DNA from: Octopus vulgaris
Taxonomy: Eukaryota
DNA length: 64,000 bases
NCBI GenBank assembly: GCA_951406725.2
Contig: OX597816.1
Location: 116,126,001-116,190,000, forward strand
Direction: 5' to 3'
Part shown: piece after piece, positions 14,971-29,144 of the stretch
How the letters are laid out: the number at the start of each line of letters is the position of its first letter
Numbering within the stretch: the stretch's first letter is position 1
The notes under the pieces: generated by a model
Told to the model about the DNA's origin: nothing
The model's database searches: none
What the model saw: the letters and a program-made list of their open reading frames with translations, nothing else
Made by a program: the position numbers and the translations under genes

Positions 14971-15180
14971 ATCCCTTCTACTAAGGTCTGAAATTAAAGA
15001 GGAGGGGGTTAAGTCGATTACATCGACACCACTACTCCACTGGTATTTATTTTATCGACCCCGAAAGGATGAAAGGCAAAGTCGAATTCAGCGGAATTTT
15101 ATCGTAGAACATGAAAGATGGACGAAACGCTGATAAGCATTTTGCCCGGCGCGCTAACGAATCTGTCAGCTCGCCGCCTT
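14971..15180 (-). mobile_element. SINE family A, monomeric copy, flanked by AAT-rich tracts
   Basis: Tail ATAATCCCTTCTACT, core GGATGAAAGGCAAAGTCGA, head CAGCTCGCCGCCTT followed by (AAT)n. Confidence 0.85.
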
Positions 15181-15236
<56 letters not shown>

Positions 15237-15364
15237 TAGTAATAATAATAATAATGATAATAATAATTATAATAATAATAATGAGGATGATGATGATGAT
15301 GATGATGATGATAATAATAATAATAATAATAGTTATAATAATAGTAATAATAATAATAATAATA
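15181..15364. repeat. (AAT)n/(GAT)n microsatellite, 5' target flank of the LINE
   Basis: Directly visible. Confidence 0.95.
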
Positions 15365-17748
15365 TGGTCGGCGAACGAACCACCAAAAAAAAGGAGTATC
15401 AGAATAACAAACTCGGCATCTGAACAACTTTGGACCCCCATAACAACTGAAGAGGTCACCCAGGCACTGCAAAGACTAAGCAACTGTAAGGCACCTGGGC
15501 ATGACAAGATCCCCAACTTCTGGTTGAAATATCTAACAGGAATGCACAAAAAGCTGGCTGAAAACTTTAACAACGTACTAGCAGAGCCAGAGACAATGCC
15601 TGAATGGCTCACGAAGGGGAAAACCATCTTAATTCCCAAATCAAATGAAACAGAAAAACCAGAAAACTACAGACCAATAACCTGCCTTCCTACTATGTTC
15701 AAGGCATTTACTGCAGTGATATCACAAAGGCTGAACAAGCACCTGGACGAAAACAAACTGTTCCCAGAAGAGCAGAAAGGATGCCGCAAAGGCTCATATG
15801 GCTGTAAAAATCAACTAATGATTAATAAAGCCATAACTGAAGACAGGCACAGAAAGAAGAAAGGCCTCAGTATGGCCTGGATCGACTACAAAAAGGCGTT
15901 TGATAGCATCCCCCACACATGGATCCTCGAAACACTAGCCATTAACAAAGTAGCACCAACAATCATAAAATTCATAGAGCACTCTATGAATAAATGGCAA
16001 ACAGTCCTACACCTCCAAACAAAAGAGGGACTCATGAAAACCAAAGACATCCCCATTAGAAGAGGAATATTCCAGGGAGACACGCTCTCTCCACTCCTTT
16101 TCTGCTTGGCACTGTCACCTCTATCTGATATGCTAAATAGAACTGGATGCGGATATAAATGTTACGGCAAAACGATAAGCCACCTTTTATATATGGATGA
16201 CCTAAAACTATACGCTGCAAATGACAAACAGCTGGAAACACTATTAAAGACAGTTCATGGATTTACCAAAGAAATAGATATGAAATTTGGATTAGAAAAA
16301 TGCGCCAAAGTAACCCTGAAAAGAGGAAAACTAGTTAAGAGTAACAACATCACACTAGATAAAACCAATGAAATAAAAGAATTAGACCAAAGCCAAACTT
16401 ACAAATGCTTAGGAATCCATGAACTAGATAAGACACAACACACACAAATGAAAGAGAAAATAAAAAAAGAATATTATAGACGAGTTAGATCAATACTAAA
16501 CACAGAGCTCAATGCTAAAAACAAGATAATAGGTATCAACACTTTAGCTGTCCCAGTTATAAGTTACAGCTACAATATCCTTAACTGGACACGAAATGAA
16601 CTGACCAAAATAGATAGGAAAACAAGAAAAATAATGACAGGATCTAGGATGCATCACCCAAAATCTGACATAGAAAGACTATATATACAACGTATAGAAG
16701 GTGGTAGAGGCCTTATACAGCTGGAAAACTACTATAAAATAACCACCATAGGAAAGCAAAAATACCTACTTCAGAAGGAAGGAAAACTGATCCAGATAGC
16801 GGCAAAACACGAGCAAAACAAAAAACTGTTCTCAGTATTTAAGGAAGCTGACAAATACGAACAAGAAATCATACCACCTAATAAACATGAAGAAGAAGAA
16901 GAAGATGAAGAAACAACAAAAGCTATAAAACAAATGAAATCCAAACTAAAAATAGAACAGCAACGAACCATGATAAAACGATGGCAAGAAAAGCCCCTTC
17001 ATGGTAAATACTGGACTAAACTAAACGCAAAAGAAATAGACAAAGAAAAATCCCAGCAATAGTTGAGAAGCTCAGGACTCAAAGCAGAAACAGAGGGATT
17101 TTTAATTGCAGCACAAGACCAAAGCCTCCCCACCAGAAATTACCAAAAACATGTAATGAAAAGAAATATTACAAGTAACTGCAGAATATGTGGAGATGGA
17201 CAAGAAACAATAAATCATATTGTCTCTAGCTGCCCAGTCTTGGCTAAGAAGGAATATATTCACAGACATGACAGAGTTGGAACCTACATACATTGGAAGC
17301 TATGCCAACATTATGGAATAACAACAGAAAAAAGATGGTATAGGCACACACCAGAAAAGGTCACAGAAAACGAGAAAGCAACCATACTCTGGGATATGCC
17401 GATACACACAGATAGAGAAATTAAGGCCAACAGACCAGATATAGTTGTCAGAGATCATGAAGAAAAAAATGCTTTCTAATTGATGTATCAATACCGGCTG
17501 ATGACAACGTGTCTCTAAAAGAAATGGAGAAACTCTCAAAATACAAAGACCTGGAAATAGAGGTAACTAGAATGTGGAATCTGAAAACAGAAACAATTCC
17601 TATCATAGTAAGTGCATTAGGCATGATAAAAAAATATTCAGACAAATACATAACAAAAACACCAGGACTTACAAACACATATAACATACAGAAAATTGCA
17701 CTACTAGGCACTGCACACATCCTACGCAGAACACTTTCCATACAATAA
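15365..17748 (+). pseudogene. Disrupted RT/REL-endonuclease ORF of the R4/Dong element
   Basis: Three ORF-track pieces (15233-17062, 17063-17479, 17509-17748) join into one protein if TAG at 17060-17062 was TGG (QQWLRSS) and one A is restored in the A7 run at 17463-17469 (EKKCFLIDVSIP). The ORF start at 15233 is only microsatellite. Confidence 0.88.
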
Positions 17749-17842
17749 CCATCAGAGCATCACAACAAATCACAGCACATAACCAAGGCACACAGAGCTG
17801 CGCTCGGTAGTGAAGTGGAAGCACGCTATAAAAATAAAACTA

Positions 17843-17845
<3 letters not shown>
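15365..17845 (+). mobile_element. R4/Dong-clade site-specific non-LTR retrotransposon, 5'-truncated, inserted in (TAA)n
   Basis: RT motifs KAPGHD, ENYRPITCL, EEQKGC, WIDYKKAFDSIPH, GIFQGDTLSPLLF, LLYMDDLKL, GGRGL. C-terminal CRICG..ETINHIVSSC (CCHC), RHD, RPDIVV..(F)LIDVS..KLSKY mark a restriction-like endonuclease. No APE domain. About 100-bp 3'UTR. (AAT)n on both sides, matching the known TAA-repeat specificity of Dong. Confidence 0.9.
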
Positions 17846-17921
<76 letters not shown>

Positions 17922-17969
17922 GTAATAATATTAGTAATAATAATAATAATAATAGTAATAATAGTAGTA

Positions 17970-18029
<60 letters not shown>

Positions 18030-18040
18030 GTAATAATAAT
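17846..18040. repeat. (AAT)n microsatellite, 3' target flank of the LINE
   Basis: Directly visible. Confidence 0.95.
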
Positions 18041-18046
18041 TGCTCT

Positions 18047-18280
18047 CATGGAAAACCAGGCAGTGGTTCCCGTTGTTTCTGATCTTAACTAATTGGAAGT
18101 GTACATATTTTGTCTTGGTGTAAATGATGGACCACAACAAATATTCTGCCCAATGCAACAGAATTGCTTGTCAGTTGCTTGACCTCATCCAGTTGAACAC
18201 GTTCCTTAGTGGCTGATATTATATGTGCAACTCTTATCACGTGTGGGTGAGCATCATAGCCATGTGTTCAGAGAGAATGG
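18047..18280 (+). repeat. Interspersed repeat family D copy
   Basis: Shares sequence with 5455-5600. Confidence 0.65.
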
Positions 18281-19779
18281 TTGTGAAAGTATGCACAGCA
18301 TACAAACTTTTATGTCTCCAGAGTATGACTGTCACTGAAAGCCAATCAAGGAATCTCATAGTTTCTGGATTAACGTCTCTCAGTCGTCATTTTCCGACGC
18401 ATTTCAGATGTATGCTGAGATTTAATGCATTCAGTCAGGTTGTATTCGCCACCTTCACCCACATTTTCATAAATTTAGAGGACAACAACACTTCTCTCTC
18501 CACTGTCACATTCTTCTCCAAATTAAAGAAGTCGATAAAGGCTTGACAGAATTTGAATGATGTATTCTCAGCTCCGGCAATTTCGTCCACCACGCAATCT
18601 TTTTAGCTTATACTTCCAAAGAAAACTGTTCATCCTCTTTTATCAAAGGTTGGTGGTGCGATACTCACTTTAGATTCAGCTGATGGCCTGTTCCAACCTA
18701 CACACAACAAACATACATGTGATATCATTTTGTTCACCATGAGTTTATTTCAAATCTGCAATACTACAAACAAAATCAAAGCCGGGCGAAGTTCTCCAGA
18801 ACAGACCAACAAATTAAATTTCTCGAGTACTAATTTTCCTGAAAATGTTGTCATAGCAGAAAGCTTACGTGGGAGTTTCACAGGGCGCATTGCTGGACTG
18901 CTAGAGATCTCAGAACGCCTGACATCATTCCGGATTCCAATATTATTTATGAAGTTGTATAGTGGCTCTATACTACATTCAATTCCCACTTCTCTGCATC
19001 ATTCTTTCTCTCCCTCTATTCTATATTTATTCCGTTTATTTTCGCTTCTCCATTTCTATTTTTTCTCTCTCATTCGCTGTTGTATTTTTCTTTCCCTTGT
19101 TAGACAGTTAAAGTTAGTTTGTCACCTTACAAGTAGATATCACAAGAGCATTATTTAAACAACACTACCAGTGACAACAGCTGTGAAAGTAATATAGAAT
19201 TCTTGACAAGAAGAATCTTCAAACAAACCAAACCTTAAAAATACAGAAAGCAAATTCAAGTAGGGTTCAAACTACTGATACGGAAATAAATTAGAAAAAA
19301 TAATAAACATAAAAGAAAGAAAAATCGTATGTATACAGATAAAAACTCTGTTTTTTTAAAGAAAAGTATGCAAAAATATTTAAGGTCCACCCAAAAGAAT
19401 CATAAAAATAATAGACAACAAATACTATTTCCATTTATACAGTTACATATGTTGAATTCTTGAAAGTAAGTAAAATGTCTCTTTAAGGTTTGTTTATCTT
19501 TCTATTTTAATAATCTTATAACAATGTTGCAATGCCAAATATATTAAGTGCATGTCTGTTTCTGTATGTTTGTGTGTGTATATACGTATATACGTATATT
19601 GATGTGTACGAGTCCCAATGTGTGTGTGTGTGTGTGTGTGTAGCAATCAGTGCAAGTGTGTATATGTGTGCCAATGTCCTTATACAAAAAATAAAATTAG
19701 TTTATCAACCATACACCATGGGTTTCATGGGTTCCGTCTGTTGACGACGCTGTTATTGTATTGCTGGAGTTCCTTTTTT

Positions 19780-19975
19780 GTTTATCCCCAGACCTGATCA
19801 AATAGACATACGATCATACTATCTACTCTATGACAATGATATCTGTTATCTAGTCGGAGTGTATCTAGTATTGTTTTATACAATGTGCGCATCTTCTACT
19901 TCCAAGACAGTAGGTTGTAATTTGAGAAGATAAGGCTGTTATATTTCAAAGGCCAGGTAGAAATTCCGTCATTGG
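19780..19975 (-). repeat. Old interspersed repeat family E copy
   Basis: Reverse-complement similarity to 41940-42125 (CCCCAGACCTGATCAAATAGAC...AAGACAGTAGG...TTTGAG..GGCTG). Confidence 0.5.
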
Positions 19976-20828
19976 CATATTTCGGTCGTTGCAATCTGTG
20001 GAAGGAGAAAGATAAAAGTCAATCAAGTACTCATAACACAGCATATCAAGAGGCTCATACAGATACAATCTCTAGATGAGTACCTGTGGATGATGTGTAG
20101 ATGCTCTGTGATACAGCATTTGCAGCAATTTGATCAGTTGTTAAATATCTTTACCGTATATACATAGCCTTTGAGCTGCCGATAGTCTTTTCTTTGACAC
20201 TTACTTTCCGAATGTTATATGAAAGTCCTAGGAAGAGTAACAAGTGGCAAGGATGGAACACTAGCTAAAGCTGAATAATGTTACAGGGCATTCTATCGAA
20301 ATTTGTTTGCATCCGCACAGCTGTTTGTAACACGTAGGTATACTCAATTCTTTTCCTACTAACATGTACGGTTGAAGATATATACTCGATCCCTGTTCTG
20401 TTGTGTAATAGATATATACCTAATATATCTAAAAAGGTATGTACTTAATTGCTGCTCTATTACATAATCTTAATTTAACATATATTAAACTATAAATACT
20501 CGCGCCATAAAGTTATATTGACCGTATCTAAATACACGATAAATCTCTTTCTCATTCATTCTTCTCTCCTTCCCTATTTCAGTTTTTCTCTCTATACATA
20601 TAGATGGCTAGACACACAGACAGACAGACAATCAGGCAGGCAGACAGGCAGTCAAGCAGACAGATGGATACATACATATATATGTATATATATGTGAGAA
20701 ACAGTAAGTTCAAAGAGAACAATTCAAACTTTTTGGGGGATCCAAAAAGAGAGAAAAGGTGATTTCTAATAAGGATCCATAATATTCATGAAAATCAACC
20801 AAAGCAGGTAATAAGAATATGAAAATAA

Positions 20829-21330
20829 TATATGAGGAGATTCGTTATAGGTATAAGAATATACCATAAACAAGTATAAAAAATGGAGAGATATTGAAAC
20901 AGAAATAGGTTTATTATAAAACTGGATTCAATACATACGTACGTTTCGAAAAATAATGCAAAAATGTAAGAAAAATTTAAATCATAGTGATTATAATTAT
21001 AATTGAAAATAAAAAATGAAAATTGCAAATAAAAAATAAAAATAAAATTTAAAATTTAATTTATGCATTGTCATTCTCACCAGTGATGAGAATGACAACG
21101 AATAAATTAAATTTTATTTTTATTTTTTATTTGAAATTTTAATTTTTTACTTTCAATTATAATTATAATCACTATGATTAAAATTTTTACTTACATTTTT
21201 GAATTATTTTTCGAAACGTACGTATGCATTCAATCCAGTTTTATAATAAATCTATTTCTGTTTCAACATCTTTTCACCATTTTCTTATACTTGTTTATGG
21301 TATATTCTTATACCTTTAACGAATCTTCTC

Positions 21331-21336
<6 letters not shown>
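20829..21336. repeat. Long fold-back palindrome, ~250-bp arms with a 7-nt loop at 21080-21086
   Basis: Centre TGTCATTCTCA-ccagtga-TGAGAATGACA. Arms such as GGTATAAGAATATACCATAAACAAGTATAA / TTATACTTGTTTATGGTATATTCTTATACC. The ORFs 20795-21028(-) and 21174-21479(+) translate to near-identical text. Confidence 0.92.
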
Positions 21337-21396
<60 letters not shown>

Positions 21397-23685
21397 ACAA
21401 ACATATACAAACACACATGTATACAGCGAGAGAGAAAGAGAGACACAGAGATAGAGAGAGAGAGAGCAAGGCTCTTTAGAAAGCCTCAGGCTTAGGCATC
21501 GCTTATTTTTTCGCATTTCTACTATGCATTGCTTACTATGGTAGACAATATCCGAAAAATGCGAGCCGTCACTTGAAATTTCACGATGTAGTGAGAGCAA
21601 GCATCACCGCGGTTGATAACTCTCTAAAGACCGGCTGCAAAAGGCGTCCATCGTTGCTGCATTTGTGCAAATGATTATATGCCCCTTGTAGAACTGAAGA
21701 GGTATATCATTGCTACTTTAATTTGTATGTTCGTTGTGAGATAACAATCAGGGGATTGTCAATAGAAATGTAGAGTCAGATAGTTTATCTCGACCGCTCC
21801 AATTGCCTCTGACTTTGGACTGACCTAAATAATTTACATCTATGAGTGCTTGCATGTATGTGTGTGCCAGTAAGTGTATGTGTGTGAACGCGCGTTAATT
21901 TGCTAGATTGCTTGATATATGCATAGATAGAGATAGAGAAAGAGAGAGAGAGAGAGATTTTAGCTTGTGTATTCTTTTTAGTCATGTCAAATGTCGTACT
22001 CTGCTTTAATTTTACAGTCATGAGTTAAGTTATCACACTACTCATTTCTCTGGATGTTCTGTTTTATCCAGTCAGCTATCAATAACAGATTTCGTTAAAC
22101 ATCTCACTGGCGGCATCATAAATTCAAAAACAACAACTGTAGCAGCACCAGTAAAACTACAAACAACAAACAACTAACAACTGAGAAACAGAAGCAGAGA
22201 TACAACCAACCAGCAGACAGTAATAATTTCAGTAATATTGCACTAAGAATCGGTCAGCATCGAATATCTGTTGTTAGCTTCAAGTCAGAGGTTAGCTAAC
22301 GTTTGGAATGATGTCGTCAACTGATAGTGTTCTCTTCATTTCCTTTCTTGTCATTCAAAGGTGTAAAAATATCCCGTTTCTAGTTTCTTCTCCATCTGCT
22401 ACTACCCTTCTTACGTTTTCAGCTTTCTCATAATATGCTGATAATATGCCAGTGGGTTCGTCTAGCGGACAGAGTGTAGTCATTTAGCGGTTGGTTCATT
22501 CAAATAGTTTCAACGAATTTGTTGTGTGGACGCCCTCAGACGATGAAGTAGACTAGCCAGAAAAGGAAGATATAGAGGGAGAAGTCTAGACGTCGAGAGG
22601 AGAGGAGCAGAGTTGAGTAGAAGGCATCCGAACGTGCGACATAACAGAATTGAAGAAAACGTTATTTCTTACATTGATTATCAGAAGACTGTACATGGAT
22701 ATAGGGATGTAACAGCAGATCCTATACGTAGTCATTAAAATTGCTTGAAAGAGCGGCCAGGTTGCCGGCAGAAAATGCAACAACAACGTAATACTACGTA
22801 GACCAAAATATATAGTATGTTCACGGTTGGATTGTCTATAAACAGATTTATTGAACAACAGCAACAACATCTTTTGCTATTGTTGTCGAACCAAACGAGA
22901 ATCTTCTACGAAATTCCTGGATCTTTTAGGAATTCTCATTCAATTCACATTCAGTAAATGCAAGGGAATATTTATATTTTTCAGTGTTGTCTGTGATAAA
23001 CTAAATCTGAAAAGATTAAGCAGTCACAATGACTGCTTGACCAAGAATAATAGGGAGGAAACAACAGCACCAGTGAAATGATGTGCAATGCATTAGATAA
23101 AAACCATAGGATAAGATGCCTTAGTATTTCTTCCGGCTTCCTGCACTTTGAGTGTAAGACCCCTCCTACACACACACACACACACACACACACAAGGTCA
23201 AGTTTACTACGTGTCCATTTTGGTAATGCGTTCCAGGTCATTCGCTTCTGGATAAATTTATAACATTCTCTCACCAATCTGCGAGGCCTGATAAATTAAA
23301 GAACCATGAGTACGACAGTTCCCAACCTGACTGAACGTTAAAAAGAGTAAGTGAGGGAACTTGATAGTTTATTTAGCTCATTGATCCTTTTAAGATATAA
23401 GATAAAATCCATTCGACTGGAATCGAACTCTCAAACGAGTAGAATAAAATCAATTATTTACTAATTGCATAGAGACCTTTACCCAAATGCTTCCGCTACA
23501 ACAAACGAATGTCTTAATAAGGTATTTGTATATATGTTCAAACAAATGACATTGACATGAAATAAATAAACTTTTATGAACTTGTTTTTCTTCTACCACT
23601 TCAAATCTGGATCATATTGCTAAATATACAAGCATATAATCAACACACATACACACGCACACACACGCACACACACACATGCGAG

Positions 23686-23718
<33 letters not shown>

Positions 23719-23786
23719 GTATGCATGTATGCACGCATTCTATAAATTTTTAGTACATATGCTAATAGGGTACTGTAAAAAATTAG

Positions 23787-23822
<36 letters not shown>

Positions 23823-23913
23823 AACCCACCAAAAGCAGATGCAGATAATCCCACAAATAAGGAATGTATAAGTCAAGGATGAGACGGATTGGATAGATAG
23901 ATAGATATACTAC

Positions 23914-23972
<59 letters not shown>

Positions 23973-24551
23973 CATACATACATACGTGTTGTGTGTATAA
24001 ATATATATATGCATATATACACATATATGTGTGTGTGCATATATACATATATGTTTGTCTGTATAGATATATATATACTTATGTATATATATGCTTGTCT
24101 TATGCCAACAAGCTCCTCATCACAACATCTCCATTTGACATGTACCTTTCATTGCACATTAATTGCCTTTGTTTTGTATACATGTCACCTAAAGTGAAGC
24201 TAACTAATTTATTTAACAAGATTTGACATTATTAGAAACCTTTTCTGCCAGATCTGACATCTCTTCTTCAGCAGTGATGCTTCTTTAAACATTCTCATTG
24301 TTGTATTTACTTACACGTACATTCATTTGTGTGTGTGTGTGTATGTGTGTGTGTGTGTGTATGTGTGTGTATGTGTTGTGTGTTATGTGTACGTGTGCGT
24401 GAGAGACCGAGAAAGCATATAAACCAATAATTATATTCATACACATACGCACACACATGCAAGCACAGACCCACACGCACGTACATTCACATATACACAT
24501 GTCTATGTATGATTAAATGTGTACGTAATGTGTGTCTGTGTATATGCTTCT

Positions 24552-24617
<66 letters not shown>

Positions 24618-24708
24618 TCTATATTTGTATATCAATAGATAAGTAGATATTATATGTATATATGGATATATGTATATGCATATTATATGTGCTTGTGTAG
24701 ATGCATAT

Positions 24709-24766
<58 letters not shown>

Positions 24767-24950
24767 CATGCATGTATGTATGTATGTATGTACGTACGTA
24801 TGTATGTATATGAATATATATATATATATTAAGTAATGTATATACTATAATCAAACATATTTCTATATCAACTTACACGTGTGCAAATATTTGCAAATAC
24901 TCATACATGCATAGACTGCGTGCACTTATATACATATATACATATATATA

Positions 24951-25005
<55 letters not shown>

Positions 25006-25088
25006 GCACGTACAACCACAACTTCGCACGCACGTATGTGTGTGTGCATATGTAAATATATATGTACATATACATACACATATATATA

Positions 25089-25153
<65 letters not shown>

Positions 25154-25822
25154 GTATGTATACATATATATATTTATATATATATATATAATATATATAT
25201 GGTAACTTTTACATGCTAACAGAATGTGGCAGTCCTATAAAAGACGAGAGAGAGAAAGATGCCTATACATAAGATGCAGAAAACCATCGTATCAACACAC
25301 ACAATGACTCTCACTGTGTTTCATAGTACATAATTATATTGCAGGTGTCAGCATTGCAGTCAAATGACACCTTTTATTTTGGCGGAATATTCTGTAAACC
25401 ATTCCCAATTTCTAACTTCTACCTCTGTTGCTTTGTATATTTTGCGTTATGGCTGCTTTCGTGGTTGCTGTTGTTGAAGCTGTTGTTGTTGATTTATATA
25501 TGTGTGCTGTTATATTTGTTATATTTTTATTGCTAAAGATTTGTATGTTTTTTTTATTATATATATTTGTCAAAATTTCGTTAAGTATTTATTGGAAGAA
25601 GAATTTGAAGAAGGGAAGTTGCGACTTGAAGAATTTAAAGAATTCAATAAAGAAAGTATTTATAAAACATGTAAGGTAAAGATTTAGAAACATATACATA
25701 TACATTTATATTTATAAATAAAGAACGAGAGCGAGCAGGAATATATATTTTATTTTGATTCTTGTTCAAAAAGTTTCGTTTATATTTGTCATTTTAAAAG
25801 TTTGCGAAAAATTATAAATTAT

Positions 25823-25853
<31 letters not shown>

Positions 25854-26699
25854 CACACATATATGTGTGTGTGTGAGTGTGCGTGTTTGTGTATGAATAT
25901 ATTTATATATATATATATTTATTTATATAATGATATACATTTTCAAAATGTGTTGAATGTAATTCATTACGCTCTTCTACTCCTTCATCTTCGTCATCTT
26001 GTCATCGTTGAAAAATATTTATTGCCAGAGTCCTATGACAGCTTGCTGGCAGAAAAATGAAAAGCAAGCTGAAATATAGCAAAAGTATCAACGGCTATAA
26101 CAAAAGTATTTATCGTTATCGACGGTGAGTGTCATAATTAGACCATCAGAAACAAAAAAAATATTGTATCAGTCACAAGTAAGACGTAATAACAACTACA
26201 GCAAACGTTTCTAATCACTGGAAACAGCAATTATAACATAGTTCGCAAACTTAAAAAGCTGACAAACAGTGAGAATATTTCGGTTGTTAGCTTTAATGTG
26301 AAGACCTTTGTAAGGGGCAGGGGAGAGACAATCTTAATGTTTCAAACACCAAATGACTACTCTGGTTTTATGAAACCTATTTGTTCAGTCCTGTTCGCAA
26401 AATGTTAGGCTCATCACTCCAAGAAGTGTTTTGCTTCAAAACGTCACAATTCTTCTTGACTCTAGAGGAGCTTGTTTAAATATTTTAGCTATATGGGACG
26501 AATATTTTACATATTGACCCAGCTCTTCGCCGTTAGTTATTCCATAGGTTTTCATTGAGCAGACCTCATTGAAATTATCAAAAACAACCACTATGACAAC
26601 ATCACCACAAAATCTATTCGGGAACATGGTGTCACACAGTAAAACTTGCTAGCGTAAAATGTACGTACACACAAAGAGACACACACATACACGCGTAAG

Positions 26700-26835
26700 G
26701 TAGGACGTTTAGTTCCCAAATGACATGTTTCCTGGTTCAGTCTGACAGTGAGGCACCTTGGGTGAGTGCGTATAACCCCGAGTAAACGAAGGCCTTATCA
26801 ATGGATTTGGTAGACAAAAACTGAAAAGCAGACCG
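26700..26835 (+). mobile_element. SINE family B 5' part, degenerate
   Basis: GGTTCAGTC..ACAGTGAGGCACCTTGGG...GGATTTGGTAGAC.AAAACTGAAA. Confidence 0.6.
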
Positions 26836-27077
26836 TTGCATACATGTATGCCTCCCTGCCTGCCTACCTACCTACCTACCTACCTACCTTCCTACCTACC
26901 TACATCTATCTATCTATCAATATATATGTATATATATAAACATACATACATACATACATACATACATACATACATACATACATACATACATACATACATA
27001 CACATATATATATTCTCGTTTTAGGAATTTCATGGTCGATGTTTCATAGCAAAAACAGTTTAATGTAGAAGTATTAT

Positions 27078-27405
27078 GACTCAGTAGTTAAAGCGTCGGC
27101 TTTATAATCATGAGGTAGCGAATTCGATTCCCGGACCAGGATGTGTGTTGTGTTCTTGAGAGACACTTTATTTCGCGTTGCTTCATTTCACTCGGCTGTA
27201 GAAATGAGTTGGGATGTCACTGATGCCAATCTATATCGTTCTTTACCTTTCCCTTGGATAACATCGGTGGCATGGAGAGGGAAGGCTGGTATGCATGGGC
27301 GACTGCTGGCCTTCCATAAACAACCTTACCCGAGTTTGTGCCTCGAAAGGTAACTTTGTAGGTGCAATCTCATGATCATTCATATTCGAAGGAGCTCTTT
27401 ACCCA
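27078..27405 (+). mobile_element. tRNA-derived SINE family C (possibly CORE-type)
   Basis: A-box-like TGACTCAGTAGTTAAAGCG, B-box-like GAATTCGATTCCCGG, central TTCACTCGGCTGTAGAAATGAGT. A second copy lies at 3160-3420. Confidence 0.75.
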
Positions 27406-27757
27406 TTACCCTTTATTATTGAATATCAACGAATTATCTGCAATTGGAAGCACATTAATACTTGTTTAATGACTATTGCAGGTGCAGATAGAATGAAGGA
27501 ATAAGAAAACAGGTGGATAACGTTTGATAAAGGAAGAACTTGAGAAGTTAGTGGGTGATCTGAAGGAAAGATGCGTAGATTGAATTTTAAAAAAGAAGGA
27601 AATGGTGACGTGAAGAAAATTTATGAAAACATGAAAAGAAAATCAAGAACAGATATCATCGGAGGAAAAAACTCTTTTGTAAAGAATTATGAAATATAAG
27701 AAAAGTGAGAGAGAGTGGAGGAGAGAGATTGGTAGCATATGGCCAAACGATAGAGAA

Positions 27758-27880
27758 AGAAGAAGAAGAAGAAGAAGAAGAAGAAGAAGAAGAAGAAGAA
27801 GAAGAAGAAGAAGAAGAAGAAGAAGAAGAAGAAGAAGAAGAAGAAGAAGAAGAAGAAGAAGAAGAAGAAGAAGAAGAAGA
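27758..27880. repeat. Pure (GAA)n tract, ~40 units
   Basis: Directly visible. Confidence 0.97.
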
Positions 27881-28317
27881 GAGCGAAAAAGAATAGTGGC
27901 GAGAGAAAGCTTGGAGAAAATGAAAAATAATGAGGCGATAGAAGTAGAAATAAGGAAACTGGGAAACGTGGACATCGAAAATGAAAATGGCAATCTCTGA
28001 TAATAGAGAACCTATGAGAATGAGAAAAATACATAAGTGACAGAAAGAGAGATTGACAAAGATGAAGATGAGTTGGTAGATAATAGGAGACAAAGGTGAA
28101 AGAGAAATAGCGAGAGATAAGATGTAGAGAATATAATAGAAATAATGAAAAGCAGGATAGTGATTATGTAAACGTACGAGAGAATAAAAGAGACAGATAC
28201 AGAGAATGAAAGAAAGAAGGTGAACAGAGAGAAAATGCATAACCCAATGGACAGAGGAGAAAAGCACCTTTTCAATATTTTCTACCTGTTAGAGAGAAAG
28301 AAAGAAAAACCAGAAAC

Positions 28318-28403
<86 letters not shown>

Positions 28404-29144
28404 CAGACAGATAGATAGTGAGAGAGACAGAGACTTTGAAACCAAGTGTGAGAGAAACATGATGAGAAAAATCAAATGCGAAAGGATGATGTCTAAATGT
28501 GATAGTAAAATGTGTGAGACGGCAATTAGGAAAAAGAGAGGAAAATAAAGAGACAGAGAGACATATTTATATTGAGTGGGAAGTATTCGTAGTTTGAAAA
28601 AGAGTCTGTACTGAAAGTGTGAGAGAGGAAAGATAGTAAAAGAGGTATGGCTAGTAGATGTAAGAAGAAGTATAAGAGACCGATTCAGTGAGGGGAAGTA
28701 AAGTGTTTATGTATGTATGTGTGTGTGTGTGTGTGAGTCCGTGTTTGTGTTTTGTGTGTATTTGTGTGTGCTTGTGTGTGAGTAATAACAAGAGACAGAG
28801 GGAGAGAGAGGGGCAAAAGGAGTACCAATGAGAAAAGCAGAGAGTATAAGCAAGTGAGCGAGAGAGGTAGCGAGTGTAAGAGAAAGAGAGTAAGGTAGAG
28901 TGTATAAATGGTTGATGTCGAAGGTGTAAGAGAAGCAGAAAACGTGAGAAAGACAGGGAAGGAAAGACGAAGAGAGAGAAGAGAAGCAGAGAATGTGACA
29001 AAGACAAGAAGTGAAGTGTGAGAGAGAAGGACAAACAGCATAAACGAGAGAGAGAGAGAGAGAGAAAGGGGGAGAGAAAGAGAGAGAAAGGGAGGGGGTG
29101 AAAGATGGAGAGAAGCAAATGACTAAACATAAGCATAAATATAA

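Noticed and set aside
15233-15364. Apparent N-terminus of the 609-aa ORF
   Set aside because: It is the flanking microsatellite. The element is 5'-truncated at about 15365.
17497-17530. CTGATGA...GAAA as a hammerhead
   Set aside because: Lies within the LINE coding sequence and has no supporting stems.
18330-18990. ORFs 18730-19158(+) and 18750-18989(-) as host exons
   Set aside because: No recognisable domain. It may be a very old LINE 3' remnant, but I cannot support that from sequence alone.
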